A stretch of 64,000 nucleotides of DNA. Source: Felis catus (lineage: Eukaryota). The notes below the pieces were generated by a model. The model was given only the letters and a program-made list of their open reading frames with translations, ran no database searches and had not been told where the DNA came from. The position numbers were made by a program, and so were the translations under genes. Positions 12,915-25,668 of this stretch are shown here, piece after piece. The stretch is from positions 38,442,001 through 38,506,000 of the forward strand of contig NC_058368.1 in assembly GCF_018350175.1 (NCBI RefSeq). Direction: 5' to 3'. Numbering within the stretch: the stretch's first letter is position 1; each line of letters starts with the position of its first letter.

Positions 12915-13086
12915 AAAAAGATGAAATTGATTCTCAACATTAACCTTACACAAAAATAATCCTTAAGAATAACCAAAGAGCAAAAAGATCACTTATACAA
13001 AAGTATTTGGGAACATGACCTTGCAGTTTTGCATTATTTCCCCAGTATCTATAATGGTGCCTGGCATGTAGTACAAGGTCAATTAA

Positions 13087-13521
13087 TGTGGGGAAATAGG
13101 TTCTAATTACATAAATGGGTTAGAAAAAAGCTTAGGGCAGAAGCCGCCACCATGGGTAAAAGCACCTGAGGTTAGCTACCGGGATATGGTAATGGGATCA
13201 CAAGTAACTTGTTATATCACCTGCAGGAAATTGCTTGGCATCTAATGCCAATGGACCTTGATCACAAACTCCACCTGCCCCCGAAGACCCTTTGTTTTTT
13301 ACACACACAAGTTAATGATGCTGTTTTCTCCACTTTCATGTGTGTAAGATCTTGTTTTCTTCACATTCACCAAGTGGGTCATATCTTGTGAGCTCAATAC
13401 ATATGGAGAAGAAACACCTGTTTGGGGCTCTTGTCTCCTCCCAGACAGCCTCTCTCATATTCATTTCTGCATCTGCTCTCTTGCCGGACAAGAGAGAACT
13501 CCAGACTCATGGTCTGTGACA
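13087..13521 (+). mobile_element. Solo LTR (ERV-type, family not assigned) interrupting an L2 3' end
   Basis: TG...CA termini, 435 bp, GC richer than flanks, imperfect 5-bp TSD attaa/aataa; flanks rejoin to L2-like gtgcctggcatgtagta...caataaatac. Confidence 0.7.
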
Positions 13522-13949
13522 AATAAATACTTTTAAATAAATTTTGTTTAACAGTCTCAAACCATTTTATCATTTTTACTTGATGGACTCTGTTAAATAA
13601 TTTGGTAGACTATTTTAAAAGTTATAGTGCATTATCTTAGAGTGACACAGAGGATGTGGAGGAAATATTACTCAAAAGTCATATATTATTATCTAAAGAT
13701 ACTAGTTTAAAGCCAAATACAATAAGAAATTTCTCATTTGGGTTCAGTTCTTAGATCCATAGATATATTTTTACTCTATTGGCTTTTATGTCCAAAAAGA
13801 ATAAAAGTTTAAAGAAGTCCTAAAAATGCCTGATAACCTCAGATGTTATGCAAATGTATGAGCCATTTTGCTAAGGTTTGTAAAACCATTCAATAAACAT
13901 TCTGCACCAAGCAATATATAAGTAAATATTGATGTATTTTCCTACATTA

Positions 13950-14105
13950 CCCTCACAATAATATTTTGAGTAATATAGTGTTAATTCTATTTTAGAGATC
14001 AACAAATTGAGGGAGAGATTTACTTCTCAAGGTGTTATAGCTAGTAATATCAGGAATATCATATATACAAAGTATTCAGCTCCAAATTTCATGCTCTTAA
14101 TCATT
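13950..14105 (-). mobile_element. MIR
   Basis: cctcacaa...ctattttagagat.a..aaattgagg...ctcaagg...tagctagtaa...ctccaaa...catgctcttaa. Confidence 0.7.
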
Positions 14106-15074
14106 TTGGCAAATTCCCTACTTTCATCATCTTTGATGGCTGCTGGACACAAAAATATAACATAATCCTCAGGCCAATGTTACCTTCTTATCATCTTCTA
14201 TCTTGGTGCTGTCTATTAATAAGATGCATGTTTTTTTATAATGTGACTAAGTGGATTTCTTTTAGTGGAAACATACTTTCTCTGTTTTCTCTTATTTCTC
14301 ATATTTATGCTACTTATTTAACTGCTTCTGCTTTTCTTTTCCATTTGAGATATTTCTACTTTCCTTTTCCCTTTCTTTTTTCTTTTCCTTTTTGTTAGAG
14401 ACTCATCTGATTATATGAAAGTAGATTTATGTTGCTTTAATTGAGAGTTTGCCACACTTCCACATTCATTAGAAGTGACCAGTGATTACCTTTTCCCATT
14501 TAAAAGAGAAACCAAACAACAAGAATAGCTTAGTATTGAGAATCTTTTTCTTAGCAAAGGCATTTCACATTGGTGAGGGCACAGTTTCATTCTTGCTAAA
14601 TTTGCTTAGTAGTGCATAGCAATCTAAATAAATGCTAAGTAGACAAATTGCTTACATTAAAAGAAACAAAATGTTTTAAAATATAATAATTTAAAGGTTT
14701 GCAATTATATACAATTTTTATTAGAACAACAAACTCTGGTAATGTAATTAAAATACTCTGATTTCAAATGCTGAAAATGTCTCAAGGAGAAAATTAGTGC
14801 TATTTAAAGGCTGCAAATAATCTAGTTTATGATTCAAATGCTGGCCAGTGTTACTTAAAAGAGTATATAATTAAAGGTTTGTGCTTTTTTTGTTCATTTG
14901 GATTTTCTATTCATACTAGAGTTTAGGTGTGGTTCCAGAGCCAAACCATCTAACAGGTACAGTTTTTATCTAATCATTCATTTTATCTCCATTTTGAGTC
15001 TCTAATTCATGTCAAAAAATAACCACCAAACTGAAATAGAATGACCGTTAAAAGAATTTCTCAATTTTTTTAGA

Positions 15075-15389
15075 GGAGAAGTCATCAGCTTTTTCTGTAA
15101 AAGTCTAGACAGGAAATAATGTAGGCTTTGTAACCCATATGGTCTCTGGTCTGTCTACTTCTGCCATTGTTATGTGAAGGCAGCCATAGAGAATACATAA
15201 AGGAATGAGCAAGGCTGTGTTCCCATAAAACCTTATTTTTGGTCTATGAAATTTGAATTTCATAGAAATTCCACGTGTCAAGAAATATTATGATTTTTGA
15301 AGAAATGTAAAAAAACAATCTGTTCTTAGGACATCCAAAACCAGGCATTGGGTCTAATTTGACCATGGACCATAGTTTACTGGCTTCTT
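15075..15389 (+). mobile_element. MER58-like hAT-Charlie DNA transposon
   Basis: ttttctgtaaa.g.c.aga.ag.aaata, ggtctctg, ctgccattgt, gcagccataga.aatac.taa, ggctgtgttcc.ataaaac, tgaaatttgaatttcata, catagttt. Confidence 0.85.
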
Positions 15390-16552
15390 AGGTAAGCAGG
15401 AAAAAACAAATAATATTTTTATCCAAATAAGTACAGGATAGTTCCTGAGGGGTCACTACTTTAGAACAATCATGATATATTGGAATCAATAACACTTAAA
15501 CTAAGAAATAAGTATTCAGATCATTAGACACTTTGTCCCAATTTTGGATTTAGGATACTAATTAGAAAGCATTTTAAATTAAAAATTTCCATTTCACAAT
15601 AGTACTAAACTTTTTTTCTTAAAAGAAGCCAAACTATTCTCAGTAAACTCTTTGATGAAATACCCTTCAATTCAATCTGACCCATTTTTCCCCCTTAGGT
15701 AAAATGGATTATTCTTCACTTTTCACCATTTATAACTAATTGCCATTTGATGTTTGTATCTTTTATACTGTTATGTCTTATACTCTTTCTCTATTTTAAA
15801 TGTTATAAGACATCAGAATATCTTATTATATAAGTCTCATGTAACTTAGCTTTTGAAGGATAATGGTAGTTTCATATTTGGCTCTCACTTTAATATTTCC
15901 TTTTAGTATATTATATTTGTTCTCTCCCAGTTAGGCTTAACCTGACACCAGTGCCTTTTTGTTCGGTTAAGAATTTCAGCTAATAAAAGGGATATTTTAC
16001 TTTTTAAAATTTCCCTTAATAGTTTAACTACTTTGAGAATCAGAAGAGAATATATTTGTTTAAGAATTAACATAAAACATATGGAACAGATGTCATTTTG
16101 ATTTCATAAATTGTCCACTTATTCATAAAGACGCCACTATTGGCCTTATTAGCTCACTGCAAATTAGACAAATTGCAGGGTGTTCTAGTGCCCTTCCAGA
16201 CATCCTACTTTGAATTATCATGCCTTGGGGAATTTCAAGTTAATAACAACTTAAACTTCATCTCTTCAGAAATAGTTTATATCTAATTATTATAAAGCAT
16301 GCTCAATTCCCTATCTGAAGTTGCCATCAATACTGTTAATGGATCTGTTACTTCCTACTTCAGTAAGTGGGGAATTTCTAATATACAAAGGATGAAGTTA
16401 CTGATTCTTTCCACACAGTGCCCTAAATTTGCCTTTTCTTAAAAAAGAGCTGTATAGAATCGGTCAATAAAATTATTTTTGCTTTAATGTAGCAGAAAAG
16501 AAAAATTGCATGTCAAAAAATTCTAAAATTTTCTTTTAAAAACATGAATGCA

Positions 16553-16719
16553 GGGTTGCCTGTGTGGCTCAGCTGGTTAAGCATCTAACTTTTGGTTTCG
16601 GCTCAGGTCGTGATCTCACAGTTCATTAGTTTGAGCCCTGCATTGGGCTCTGCAGTGACAGCACTGGGACTGCTTGGGATTTCTCTCTCCCTCTCTCTCT
16701 GCCCCTCCCCAGATTGCAT

Positions 16720-16766
<47 letters not shown>

Positions 16767-16799
16767 AAATAGATATATAGACATAATTTTAAAAATTAT
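16553..16799 (+). mobile_element. Can-SINE with long (CT)n
   Basis: SINE body; TSD aaac(a)atgaatgca. Confidence 0.93.
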
Positions 16800-16973
16800 A
16801 AACAATGAATGCAAAAATAAGACCTTCTTTCCTCATCCAGTGGCTGGTATTCCAAAGTTTCAGTAGTTTCTTAGTTCATTCAAAAGTGTTTTGTATAATC
16901 CAGTAATAACAACTATTCTGATTTAAAAGGAAGAAAAATGTATGATGTGATGTGTCCTAAATGTGTAAAAGTT

Positions 16974-17202
16974 GGGGCGCCTGTGTGGCTCAGTCAGTTA
17001 AGCATCTGACTTTGACTCAGGTCATGATCTCAAAGTTCATGGGTTCAAGCCCTGCATGGGGCTCTGTGCTGACAGCTCAGAGCCTAGAGCCTGCTTCATA
17101 TTCTGTTTCTGGCTCTCTCGGCCCCTTTCTCGCTTGCACACGGTCTCTCTCCCTCTCTCTCTCAAATATAAATAAACATTAAATTCTTTTCTTAAAAAAT
17201 CT
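16974..17202 (+). mobile_element. Can-SINE
   Basis: SINE body; TSD ctaaatgt(g/t)taaaagt (16957-16972/17203-17218). Confidence 0.95.
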
Positions 17203-17779
17203 CTAAATGTTTAAAAGTCAATATTTATAGAAAACAGTAAATTCTATTTTTAGCACTGCTTTCATTATTCCTACAGTTACAATATCCGGTTTATCACACC
17301 TTCAAGCATAATTCTCATTATGTTCTATATGTGCATTTAAGAAAAGTTGATTTTTTTTTCCAAAACTAAAACTAGTTCAGAGAAATAATTCACAGACTAA
17401 AGCTGTTTCAGTATCCAGTCCCACTTCTTATGTTTAATCATTTAAAAACATATCCATAGAAATATTAGTGATAGGCTCTAATTGGGGGTAAGGCAAACGT
17501 AGGCTTTTCCAACAGAACAGTACAAAGGAGTTGGCTTTGTAATTTCTTGCATATTACAAGATGTAGTAAACATAACAATTCTGGAATGATATTAGACAAT
17601 GTCAAACAGCTGGTTTACTTCAAAGAATATTGATGTGTTCTTTTCACTTGGCTGGAATGACTCACAATCTCTAACCACTCCTTTAAATTTTCCTTTAGCT
17701 CGATCCTTATCTTTAGTTTGGAGTGCCCCAAACTCAAGCTGTGGACCTCTTCACTTTCTATTTGTTTCCTCCTGAAATT

Positions 17780-17955
17780 ACCCAATATCTATGCCATCTG
17801 TATGCCAGATACTTCTATTGCATCGCCAGACTCAAATGCTCTCCTAAACATAGACTTTAAGTTATATATAACTTGCTTCTTGAAATCTCCACTTGAATCA
17901 GTAATAGAGTTCTCAAACTCAAGTTGTACAACATGAACTACTGGTCTCCCCCTCT
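17780..17955 (+). mobile_element. L2 fragment
   Basis: ccatctgtatgc, ctctcctaaac..agact, actt.cttcttga.atctccacttga, tctcaaactcaa. Confidence 0.6.
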
Positions 17956-18124
17956 GTTTTTTTTTTTTTTTTAATCACACTTTATGTTCAGGTCATTAAC
18001 ACATTCAGCTGACATTAAGTGCAAAATATATTCATAATTAGAGCACTCTCTTACCCTCCACCTCTACCATCAACATTCTGGTTTAAGTGGCCATCAACTT
18101 TTGATTGATTTACACCAAAATTCT

Positions 18125-18336
18125 TTTCAAAAAAATTATTTATTTTTGAAAGACACAGAGACAGAGTGCGAGCAGGGGAGGGGCAAAGAGAGAGGGAGAC
18201 ACAGAATCCAAAGCAGGCTCCAGGTTCTGAGCAAGCTGTCAGCACAGAGCCCGACATGGGGCTTGAACCCACGAACCGTGAGATCATTACCTGAGCCAAA
18301 GTCAGATGCTCAACCGACTGAGCCACCCTGGTGCCC
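18125..18336 (-). mobile_element. Can-SINE
   Basis: Antisense body; TSD tacaccaaa...ttct (from 18111 and 18337). Confidence 0.95.
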
Positions 18337-18474
18337 TACACCAAAGCTTCTCAATTCATCTCTGATAGCACACTTGCCATTTTATAATATTTTCTGTGTT
18401 TGTTTTCCAACATGTGTAATAAAGGAATTCTTTTAAAATGCAGATTTTCTTCTCAAAATCTTTCATTGATTTCC

Positions 18475-18640
18475 AGTAACGTATATAATTGTTGAATCAC
18501 TGTATTGTACATCTGAAAGTAATGTAACAGTGCATGTTAATTGTACCTGAATTAAAAAATAAAATAAAAAACCCAGTATGTTGTACAACCTAACTATATC
18601 ACATTTTTGTGGATCATATATTAATAAAACTGGAAAAAAA
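18475..18640 (+). mobile_element. L1 3' terminal fragment(s)
   Basis: attgttgaatcactgtattgtacatctgaaa.taatgtaaca.tg.atgttaa plus A tail, followed by a second aataaaactggaaaaaaa-type end. Confidence 0.75.
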
Positions 18641-19003
18641 ATCTCTCTTAGATGTAAGTTATATACTAAATATCCAAAAAGAAGAAAGTATTTAGAGAGA
18701 GAGAGTGCTCAAGTGAGTGTATACACACAACTATACATTTATATTTTATGTATACATACAACTGTATCATTATATATAATGATATATATAAAATGTTTAA
18801 ATTCTTTTAAGTTCATTAATGAGCTATGGTTGATAAATAGTTCTTGGACAATCATAAAAATGGCCAAGGCAATGTAAAAAAATTTTCATGCCAGTTTTCT
18901 TTAAACTATAGTATCATATTACACACTTACATAAGCAACAAATCAACAGTAATACTACCACCACAAAGAAAGTTTTGAGATGTATCTTGATAACTACACT
19001 TAC

Positions 19004-19004
<1 letters not shown>

Positions 19005-19043
<39 letters not shown>

Positions 19044-19045
19044 GA
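19005..19045 (+). repeat. (GAAA)n microsatellite
   Basis: About 9 tandem GAAA units. Confidence 0.95.
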
Positions 19046-19392
19046 AAAACTACATAAAAAAGAAGAAAAAATATATAAAATAAAATCTATGTAGAAATGA
19101 GCCATTCATATCACAAACTTGGACAAACAACTGGATTCTGAAAATGAGTTTATTTATCTTAAATGACCACTAGTTCAAATCATTCTTATTTCTTTAAAAT
19201 AGCTATTCAAAATATGTATATATGAATTGTCTAGTGGTAAAAATTATGGATTTCAGTTTCTCTTTATTTAAAAGCAATAACTAGAGAGACAGTATGATTG
19301 CACGTATATAATTTATTTCCTGGTTTCAAAATGCTTTACACCATTTTAGCCCCATTTGGAATTATGCACAACATTCCTTTTAAATATGTTTA

Positions 19393-19610
19393 GGGTCGCC
19401 GAGGTGACTCAGTTGATTGGGCGTCGGACACCTGATGTTGACTCAGGTTATGGTCCCAGGGTCTTGGGATCAAGCTTCATGTGATCAAGCTTCGTGTCAG
19501 GCTCTGGCGCTAAGCATGGAACTTGCTTAAGATTCTCTCTCTCCCTTTGCCCCTCTCTTTGTTCTCTCTCTCTCTTTCTCTCTCAAAAAAAAAAAAATAT
19601 ATATATATAC
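19393..19610 (+). mobile_element. Can-SINE (older subfamily) with 15-bp internal tandem duplication
   Basis: SINE body, (CT)n, A/(TA)n tail; gatcaagcttc(a/g)tgt at 19468-19482 and 19483-19497. Confidence 0.9.
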
Positions 19611-19943
19611 ATATATATACATGTTTAAAACATTATGACTAGGAAATCTTTATGAATGAGTATTTTTATATTTTATATAAAATGTATATTTTGATGATTT
19701 ATTAATGTACCTAAGAATTTTTAAATAACATAAGAGGGAAATATTTATGAAAATATTTTCTCTTACATACATAAATAGAAATATTGGGTTATTAGGGAAA
19801 AATAAGATTTGAACAGAGTTTTCTCAGTTTAAATATATCAAATTTCTTTCTTTTGGCTGCACATAATACAACGCTTATCCATTTCTTTTCTAATATTCTC
19901 TTCTTTTGTGTTATATTTAAATCCCCAGGGGCTTTTTAGTGAC

Positions 19944-20364
19944 TAAAAACGAGGGAAACAAAGGCAAGAGAAATGTAGCTTAAATGAAAGCTCTGTACAG
20001 CTCGCAGCCCACTGATAGACACTTGGAACACACAGAGCGTGACCTTCCTCAAGGGACTCATGGCTGCCTTACTTCCTTAATGTTTTTGTTTTATTAAAGA
20101 CTAAAAGTGACCTTATCTTAACAGCAGCTAGCCCCTCAAGGTCCTGAAAGCCTTGCTTTCAAATTCCTTAGAGACTTAACGTTATCCCTAACCCCCACTA
20201 ACTTAAAAGTATATCATCAATCACTCCTCACAACCCCAGTGCAGCTCTTTCTGCCCATGGGTCCTGTCCCCGTGCTTTAATAAAATCACCTTTTGGCACC
20301 AAAGATGTCTCAAGAATTCTTCCTTAGCTGTTTGCTCAAGAGCCCCATCGAATAATGCACAACA
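19944..20364 (+). mobile_element. Solo LTR, ERV1/CarLTR-like
   Basis: About 420 bp, ends in CA, AATAAA at 20279-20284 after gcagctctttctgcccatgggtcctgtccccgtgcttt; imperfect TSD gtgac/ctgac. Confidence 0.75.
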
Positions 20365-20969
20365 CTGACTAGGTCTGAAAGAAATAGGATCTATAGATTA
20401 TTATACCATTTTAAGAGATTTTCATTGTCTAATTTCTCAGTCCCAGGTGAAATAAGCACCCCTAGTGTGTAGATTAATATACCCTCATCTGCCAATGAAA
20501 GCATTATGGTTATTAAATGATTAAATTAAAATAATAGAGGCTGCTACACTCCTTACATTTTTAAGCCATTTTTCAAAGAGTGAAATAGGAGATACTCTCA
20601 AAATCAATCCGTGAAGATAAAAATATAATTATGGTGTAACTATTGCTCTATAGACTATTTTCAGAAGGCTTGAATCATTAAACATGTGAATTTCTGATGC
20701 TCAAAGTATGCACCGATGTCTGAACCAATAAATCAGGAATGGCCACTGCTTTAGACAGATGGTATCTCTAATTACACATATAGATAATCAATAGAATAAT
20801 TGAAAAAAATGAGCACAAAAAAACTTTCATTGCAACCTAGTGAAATTAGGAATTCAAAATTCTCATATAAAGTCATTCCTTAGGTTACAGTCATAATGTA
20901 ACAGCGTAAATTTGGATAGTACATTGGTTTCTGTACTTTGGAGATTAAAACAGTGTCACCTAATATCTA

Positions 20970-21213
20970 AAACCAGGACTCTGGAATCAGATATCCTTGA
21001 GTTTACAGCCTGGCTTCAAAATTTGCTATTGACTTTGTGTAAGTCAGAGCAAAGTCAAAATTTTTAAAACTTGTATAATGGAATAAAGCTACTATCTACC
21101 TGAAAGGTAGTTTTGAGAATCACATGAGATACTGTGCTTAAGCAAATAAAAACAAAATTGAGCATAGTTCCCAGAACATATTAAATACTATAAAATGAGT
21201 TAGCTTTATTATT
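20970..21213 (+). mobile_element. MIR
   Basis: ggactctggaatcaga, gactttg.g.aagtca, tgta.aatgg.ataa, ttttgagaat.a.atgagata, tagct..attatt. Confidence 0.75.
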
Positions 21214-22597
21214 TTTTACAACCTGAAAATTAAAGGTAACAATAGATCTATCTACATCCCAGAATTCTTGTCAAAATTAACACATCAAGAGAATGGAAAA
21301 TTGCCTTTAGAAAGTTAGAACAGTTACCTGTAAACTTTAGAACACTGACCTGTTGTTTCCCTCTCCTGCTTTTTTTCTCTTTTTTCCAGGCACTCCTTTT
21401 AATCCAAGTTTATCATCTCCATGTTAATTCCCAGCTCCATGTTCTTGTTGATTTTTTCTGCCTTACCTCAGGTGTCAATTTCACTCTTGTTAGGCTAGTT
21501 AAGCCCTGACATTCCTACGAAGCAAAACGCCAGTAATCAGTCCTCTTGAAAAATTTTAAATACAACTTTTATTTCTTCATATATCTGCTTCTCTCCTCCT
21601 TTGTATATTTTACAAAGTTCCAAAGACTTAACCATCTATGATGCCATTATTGCTGTAAGATCTTTCAGTATGGTATCTTGTCATTCAAACTTGGTTGTAA
21701 ACTCACACTGTCCCTTCCAGAGCTGACATCTTCTGGATATCCAATCTTTCACATTTTCACAAGATCTATATAGTGTCACAACCCTTACAGATTGGACAAA
21801 GGGGACCATATTTATGTAATGCCTATGATTTCCTTAATGTTCATTGGGCCTTAAAAAATTATTCGTTGTGCTTCTTTTCAAAAGATATTTGCAAACATTG
21901 GTCCTTCCTTGTTTACATAATCCATAAGCATAACAATCTTATCTGATGAAGAATAAAAAAATAAAACAGAATCAACTTCCATGTACTCCTGAACTGTGTC
22001 TTTGCCTATTGCATTCCAGTAGAATAGAAACCACATTCTCCTAGAAGATATCAAAAATGAATTTAACATTACAGTTATTACATATATTACAATATGCATT
22101 AAATGTTAGCACTGGTTGTTTTAATTATTTTTTTACTCTCATTTGTTTTTCACCCAAAAACTGCCATTCCTCTATAAGCTCAGGGATAATTCAGGCTATT
22201 AATCCTCCAGAGCGCTAGATCTTGACCTGATGAGTGACTATTGACAATGAGCAGTCTCAAAGAAAAGTAACTTGGAGACAGGCATTAGGAAATCTGTGAA
22301 AATATAGAAGGTCCAGTGTTCGTGTGCAGCTCAGGAAGATAGTTTCTGGATGTCAGCTATATGTCGATACTTCTGGTTATTATCTGTATGTAAGGAAAGG
22401 GTTTGAGGATTAGAACTGGTATATCAAGAGGAATCTGTGGAGATCAGGTAGCACTCAGTTTTTGTGGACCAGAGTAATATGGATGGATAAAAAAGACAGG
22501 TAGTGAGTACTACAACTTAGTGTTCTCATAGGTGTTCAAATCCACTTGTCATTCGCTAGCTACCACAGGGATTCGATTGGCAAAAGTGTATATCTTA

Positions 22598-23026
22598 GGG
22601 GTGCCTGAGTGGCTTAGTCAATTAAAGTGACTTGATTTTGGCTCAGGTCATGATGTCACAGTTAGTGGGATTGAGTCTTGAGTCGGGCTCTGCATTCACG
22701 TGCAGAGCCTGCTTGGGATTCTCTCTCTCCTGCTCTCTGCCCCTCCCCCACTCTCTTTCCTTCTCTCTCTCTTGAAAATAAATAAATTTTTTTTAAATTT
22801 TTTTTTCAACGTTTATTTATTTTTGGGACAGAGAGAGACAGAGCATGAACGGGGGAGGGGCAGAGAGAGAGGGAGACACAGAATCGGAAACAGGCTCCAG
22901 GCTCTGAGCCATCAGCCCAGAGCCTGACGCGGGGCTCAAACTCACGGACCGAGAGATCGTGACCTGGTTGAAGTCGGACGCATAACCGACTGCGCCACCC
23001 AGGCACCCCATAAATAAATTTTTTTA
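22598..23026 (+). mobile_element. Can-SINE (host of a nested SINE)
   Basis: SINE body 22598-22793; TSD aaaagt(g/a)ta(t/c)atctta (22582-22597/23027-23042). Confidence 0.93.
22794..23009 (-). mobile_element. Young SINEC_Fc inserted antisense in the tail of the host SINE
   Basis: CpG-rich full body; perfect 16-bp TSD ataaataaattttttt (22778-22793/23010-23025). Confidence 0.96.
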
Positions 23027-23219
23027 AAAAGTATACATCTTAGGAAGAAAGGTAGCCTGGAAGTTGTGACTAGCATTGGTTAATGACTTATTTGAAGTGT
23101 GATCCTGAACAGCCCACACTACCAACCACATACCTTAAATCAACCACATGCAAAAGAAACAAACCAACAACAACAAGGCATATGTCTATATGAATTCTAT
23201 TGTTAATGTTATGCTATCC

Positions 23220-23430
23220 AGCACACATGCTTCGGAATTAAAAGAATTGTGCCCAAATTCTGATTTTGGCTCAATGCTACCTGTTCAACCCTATGCAAGT
23301 TACTTATTTTCTAAGTGCTGTTTCCTCATCCATGATCCAGAATTAATAACACAATCATATAGCTTTTTTGAGGACTAAATAGAATAATGGATAGAATGTG
23401 CCTAGAATAATGCATGGTACATAAAATATA
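23220..23430 (+). mobile_element. MIR
   Basis: gcaagttactta, ctgtttcctcatc, tgaggactaaat.ga.taatg, tagaa.aatgc.tggtacata. Confidence 0.75.
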
Positions 23431-23844
23431 GGATTCACTATGAGGACTCACAGGACTCAGCATATAATTGTATTCATGGCTAAGACTTATTTGGAGAGAA
23501 CCAAGTGCAAGTTGCCAAGAACCCTCTCCTAGTAGAACCACAAAGGAAATGCTCACTTCCTCCAGCCACAAGTTGTGACAACATTCTAGAATTTTTGTCT
23601 AGCCATAAAGTTCATTAGAGACAGTACTAAGAATTTTACTGAGAACTAGTCACATAAATACCCTCTGCCTACAGAAATTCCAGAGTCCAGAAGGAAAACA
23701 GGTGTTCAGTTGTTTGCATAAGCAACTTAGGCCCAGCAGGCCAATCTTATCAAGGTCCTAGATGCCAACCAAGCACAACCCTGGAAACCAGGCCTTTTTA
23801 AGATTAGCACTCTCTGTATTCCTATGTTAACTCTTGTCTGCAAA
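23431..23844 (-). mobile_element. MER68/MER21-like ERVL LTR
   Basis: ggattcacta..aggactcacaggactcagcatata...catggctaaga; ccagaaggaaa.caggtgttcag; caggcctttt.taag; ctatgttaactctt.tctgca terminus. Confidence 0.75.
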
Positions 23845-24904
23845 GTATTTAATACTCTCATTACTGTCAAAAATATCATTACATCCTAAATAATAAAAGT
23901 AATATGTAAACAAGTGTTAACTAAAAATATATCCTCCATTACAACATCAGGAAATCTTGAAGAATATTATTGTTAATAAACAACTTCTGGATATTTATGA
24001 CATTTACCCTTGTTAAAAATTTATAGCATATTGTGCTATCAGTAATACACTACAACACATGTAAAGATATTCAAGCACTGAATTGAAGACTACTACATTC
24101 TTTGTATTCCCTGATGCAGGTAATAATGGCAACACCAGAAGGACAAAAATCACCTGATAATCCTTCTATAAGTACAAAAGCAAAATCAAGCATCTTAGGA
24201 TATAGTGTTTTCATTTGTCCCTATCGACATTCTGTAATATACTATGCTATGTTCACCGTATAAACAGAGGTGACATACTATATGAATAGTTAAGAGAATA
24301 TTTGGTTCTCTTTGGGTATAAATAGTATGTTGCTATTTCATAAAAAAAACATGTGCTCTACTATACAAAAACACTATACAATAAAAGTTTCATTTTAGAT
24401 GCACTAATTTCATTATAATAGTTTGATTTTTTTTTTTTAGAATATTCTAGGTTCTTCCAAGTAACCTGGTTACTCCAGTTCTTAAGAAAGACTTTAATGG
24501 AGGCATCATTAATTCTTTTATGATCTTCAGATTATTAAATAGTATCTCTAGATAAGCAGGAAAGTTCCCAAAGATGCTATACTTAGAAACAATAACTTTA
24601 TCATAATAGGAAGTAATCTTTAATGGTTAAAAAGTTCTATGCAGGCCATTAAGACACAAGTTTTTTCCTGCTCAAAAATAATCATAAGGATAATTTATCA
24701 TTGTATTTAAAGATGCAGTCAGCATAGTGTTCTGTTTCTTTTTTTTCCCTAGCTGGACATGCCTTTTTTTTTTTTTTGAGCCACATAATGTATAAACACA
24801 TTGGCAAGTCACAGCTTGCAGAAAATAAAGGTTACTGACCCCTAGGTACATAGGCCTCATCTTGAATTTTGTAAGGCTTTTGGAAGTTTTCCAAATCTTA
24901 AAGC

Positions 24905-25668
24905 TTTTTTTTTTTGGAAGTTTTTATTTAAATTCTAGTTAACATATAGGGTAGTATTAGTTTCAGGAGTAGAATTTAGTGATTCATCACTTACATACAA
25001 AAAACACCAACACTCATCATAAGTGCCCTCTGTACTACCCATCACCCATTTAGCCCATCCCCCATGCACCTCCCTCCATCAACCCTGAATTTATTCTCTA
25101 TAGTTAAGAGTCTTTTATGGTTTGCTTCCCTCTTTTTCTTTCTTTTCCCTTCCTCTATGTCCATCTGTTTTGTTTCTTAAATTCTACGTATGAGGGAATC
25201 ATCTGGTATTTGTCTTATGCTGACTGACTTATCTTGCTTAGCATAATACACTAGCTCCATCCATATCATTTCAAATGGCAAGATTTTAATCTTTTTTATG
25301 GCTGAGTAATATTCCACTGTGTATATATACCTCATCTTCTTTATATATTTAGCAATCGATGGGCATTTGGAATCCTTCCATAATTTGGCTCTTGTTGATA
25401 ACACTGCTAAAAACATCAGGGTGCATGTGCCCCTTCAAATCAGTATTTTTGTATCCTTTGGGTAAATAACTCACAGTGCAACTGCTGGGTCATAGGGTAG
25501 TTCTATTTTTAACTTCTTGAGGGATCTCAAAACTGTTTTCCAGAGTGGCCACACCAGTTTGCATTCCCACCAACAGTGTAAGAGGGTTCCCCTTCCTCCA
25601 CATCCTCACCAACATCTGTTATTTTCTGTGTTGCTGATTTTAACCATTCTGACAAGTGAGAGGTGGTA
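24905..25668 (-). mobile_element. L1 (carnivore) 3' segment: ORF2 C-terminus and 3' UTR
   Basis: poly-T, canonical antisense 3' UTR; the ORF at 25177-25416 (AKLWKDSKCPS...YTVEYYSAIKK) is the decayed ORF2 C-terminus. Confidence 0.95.
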
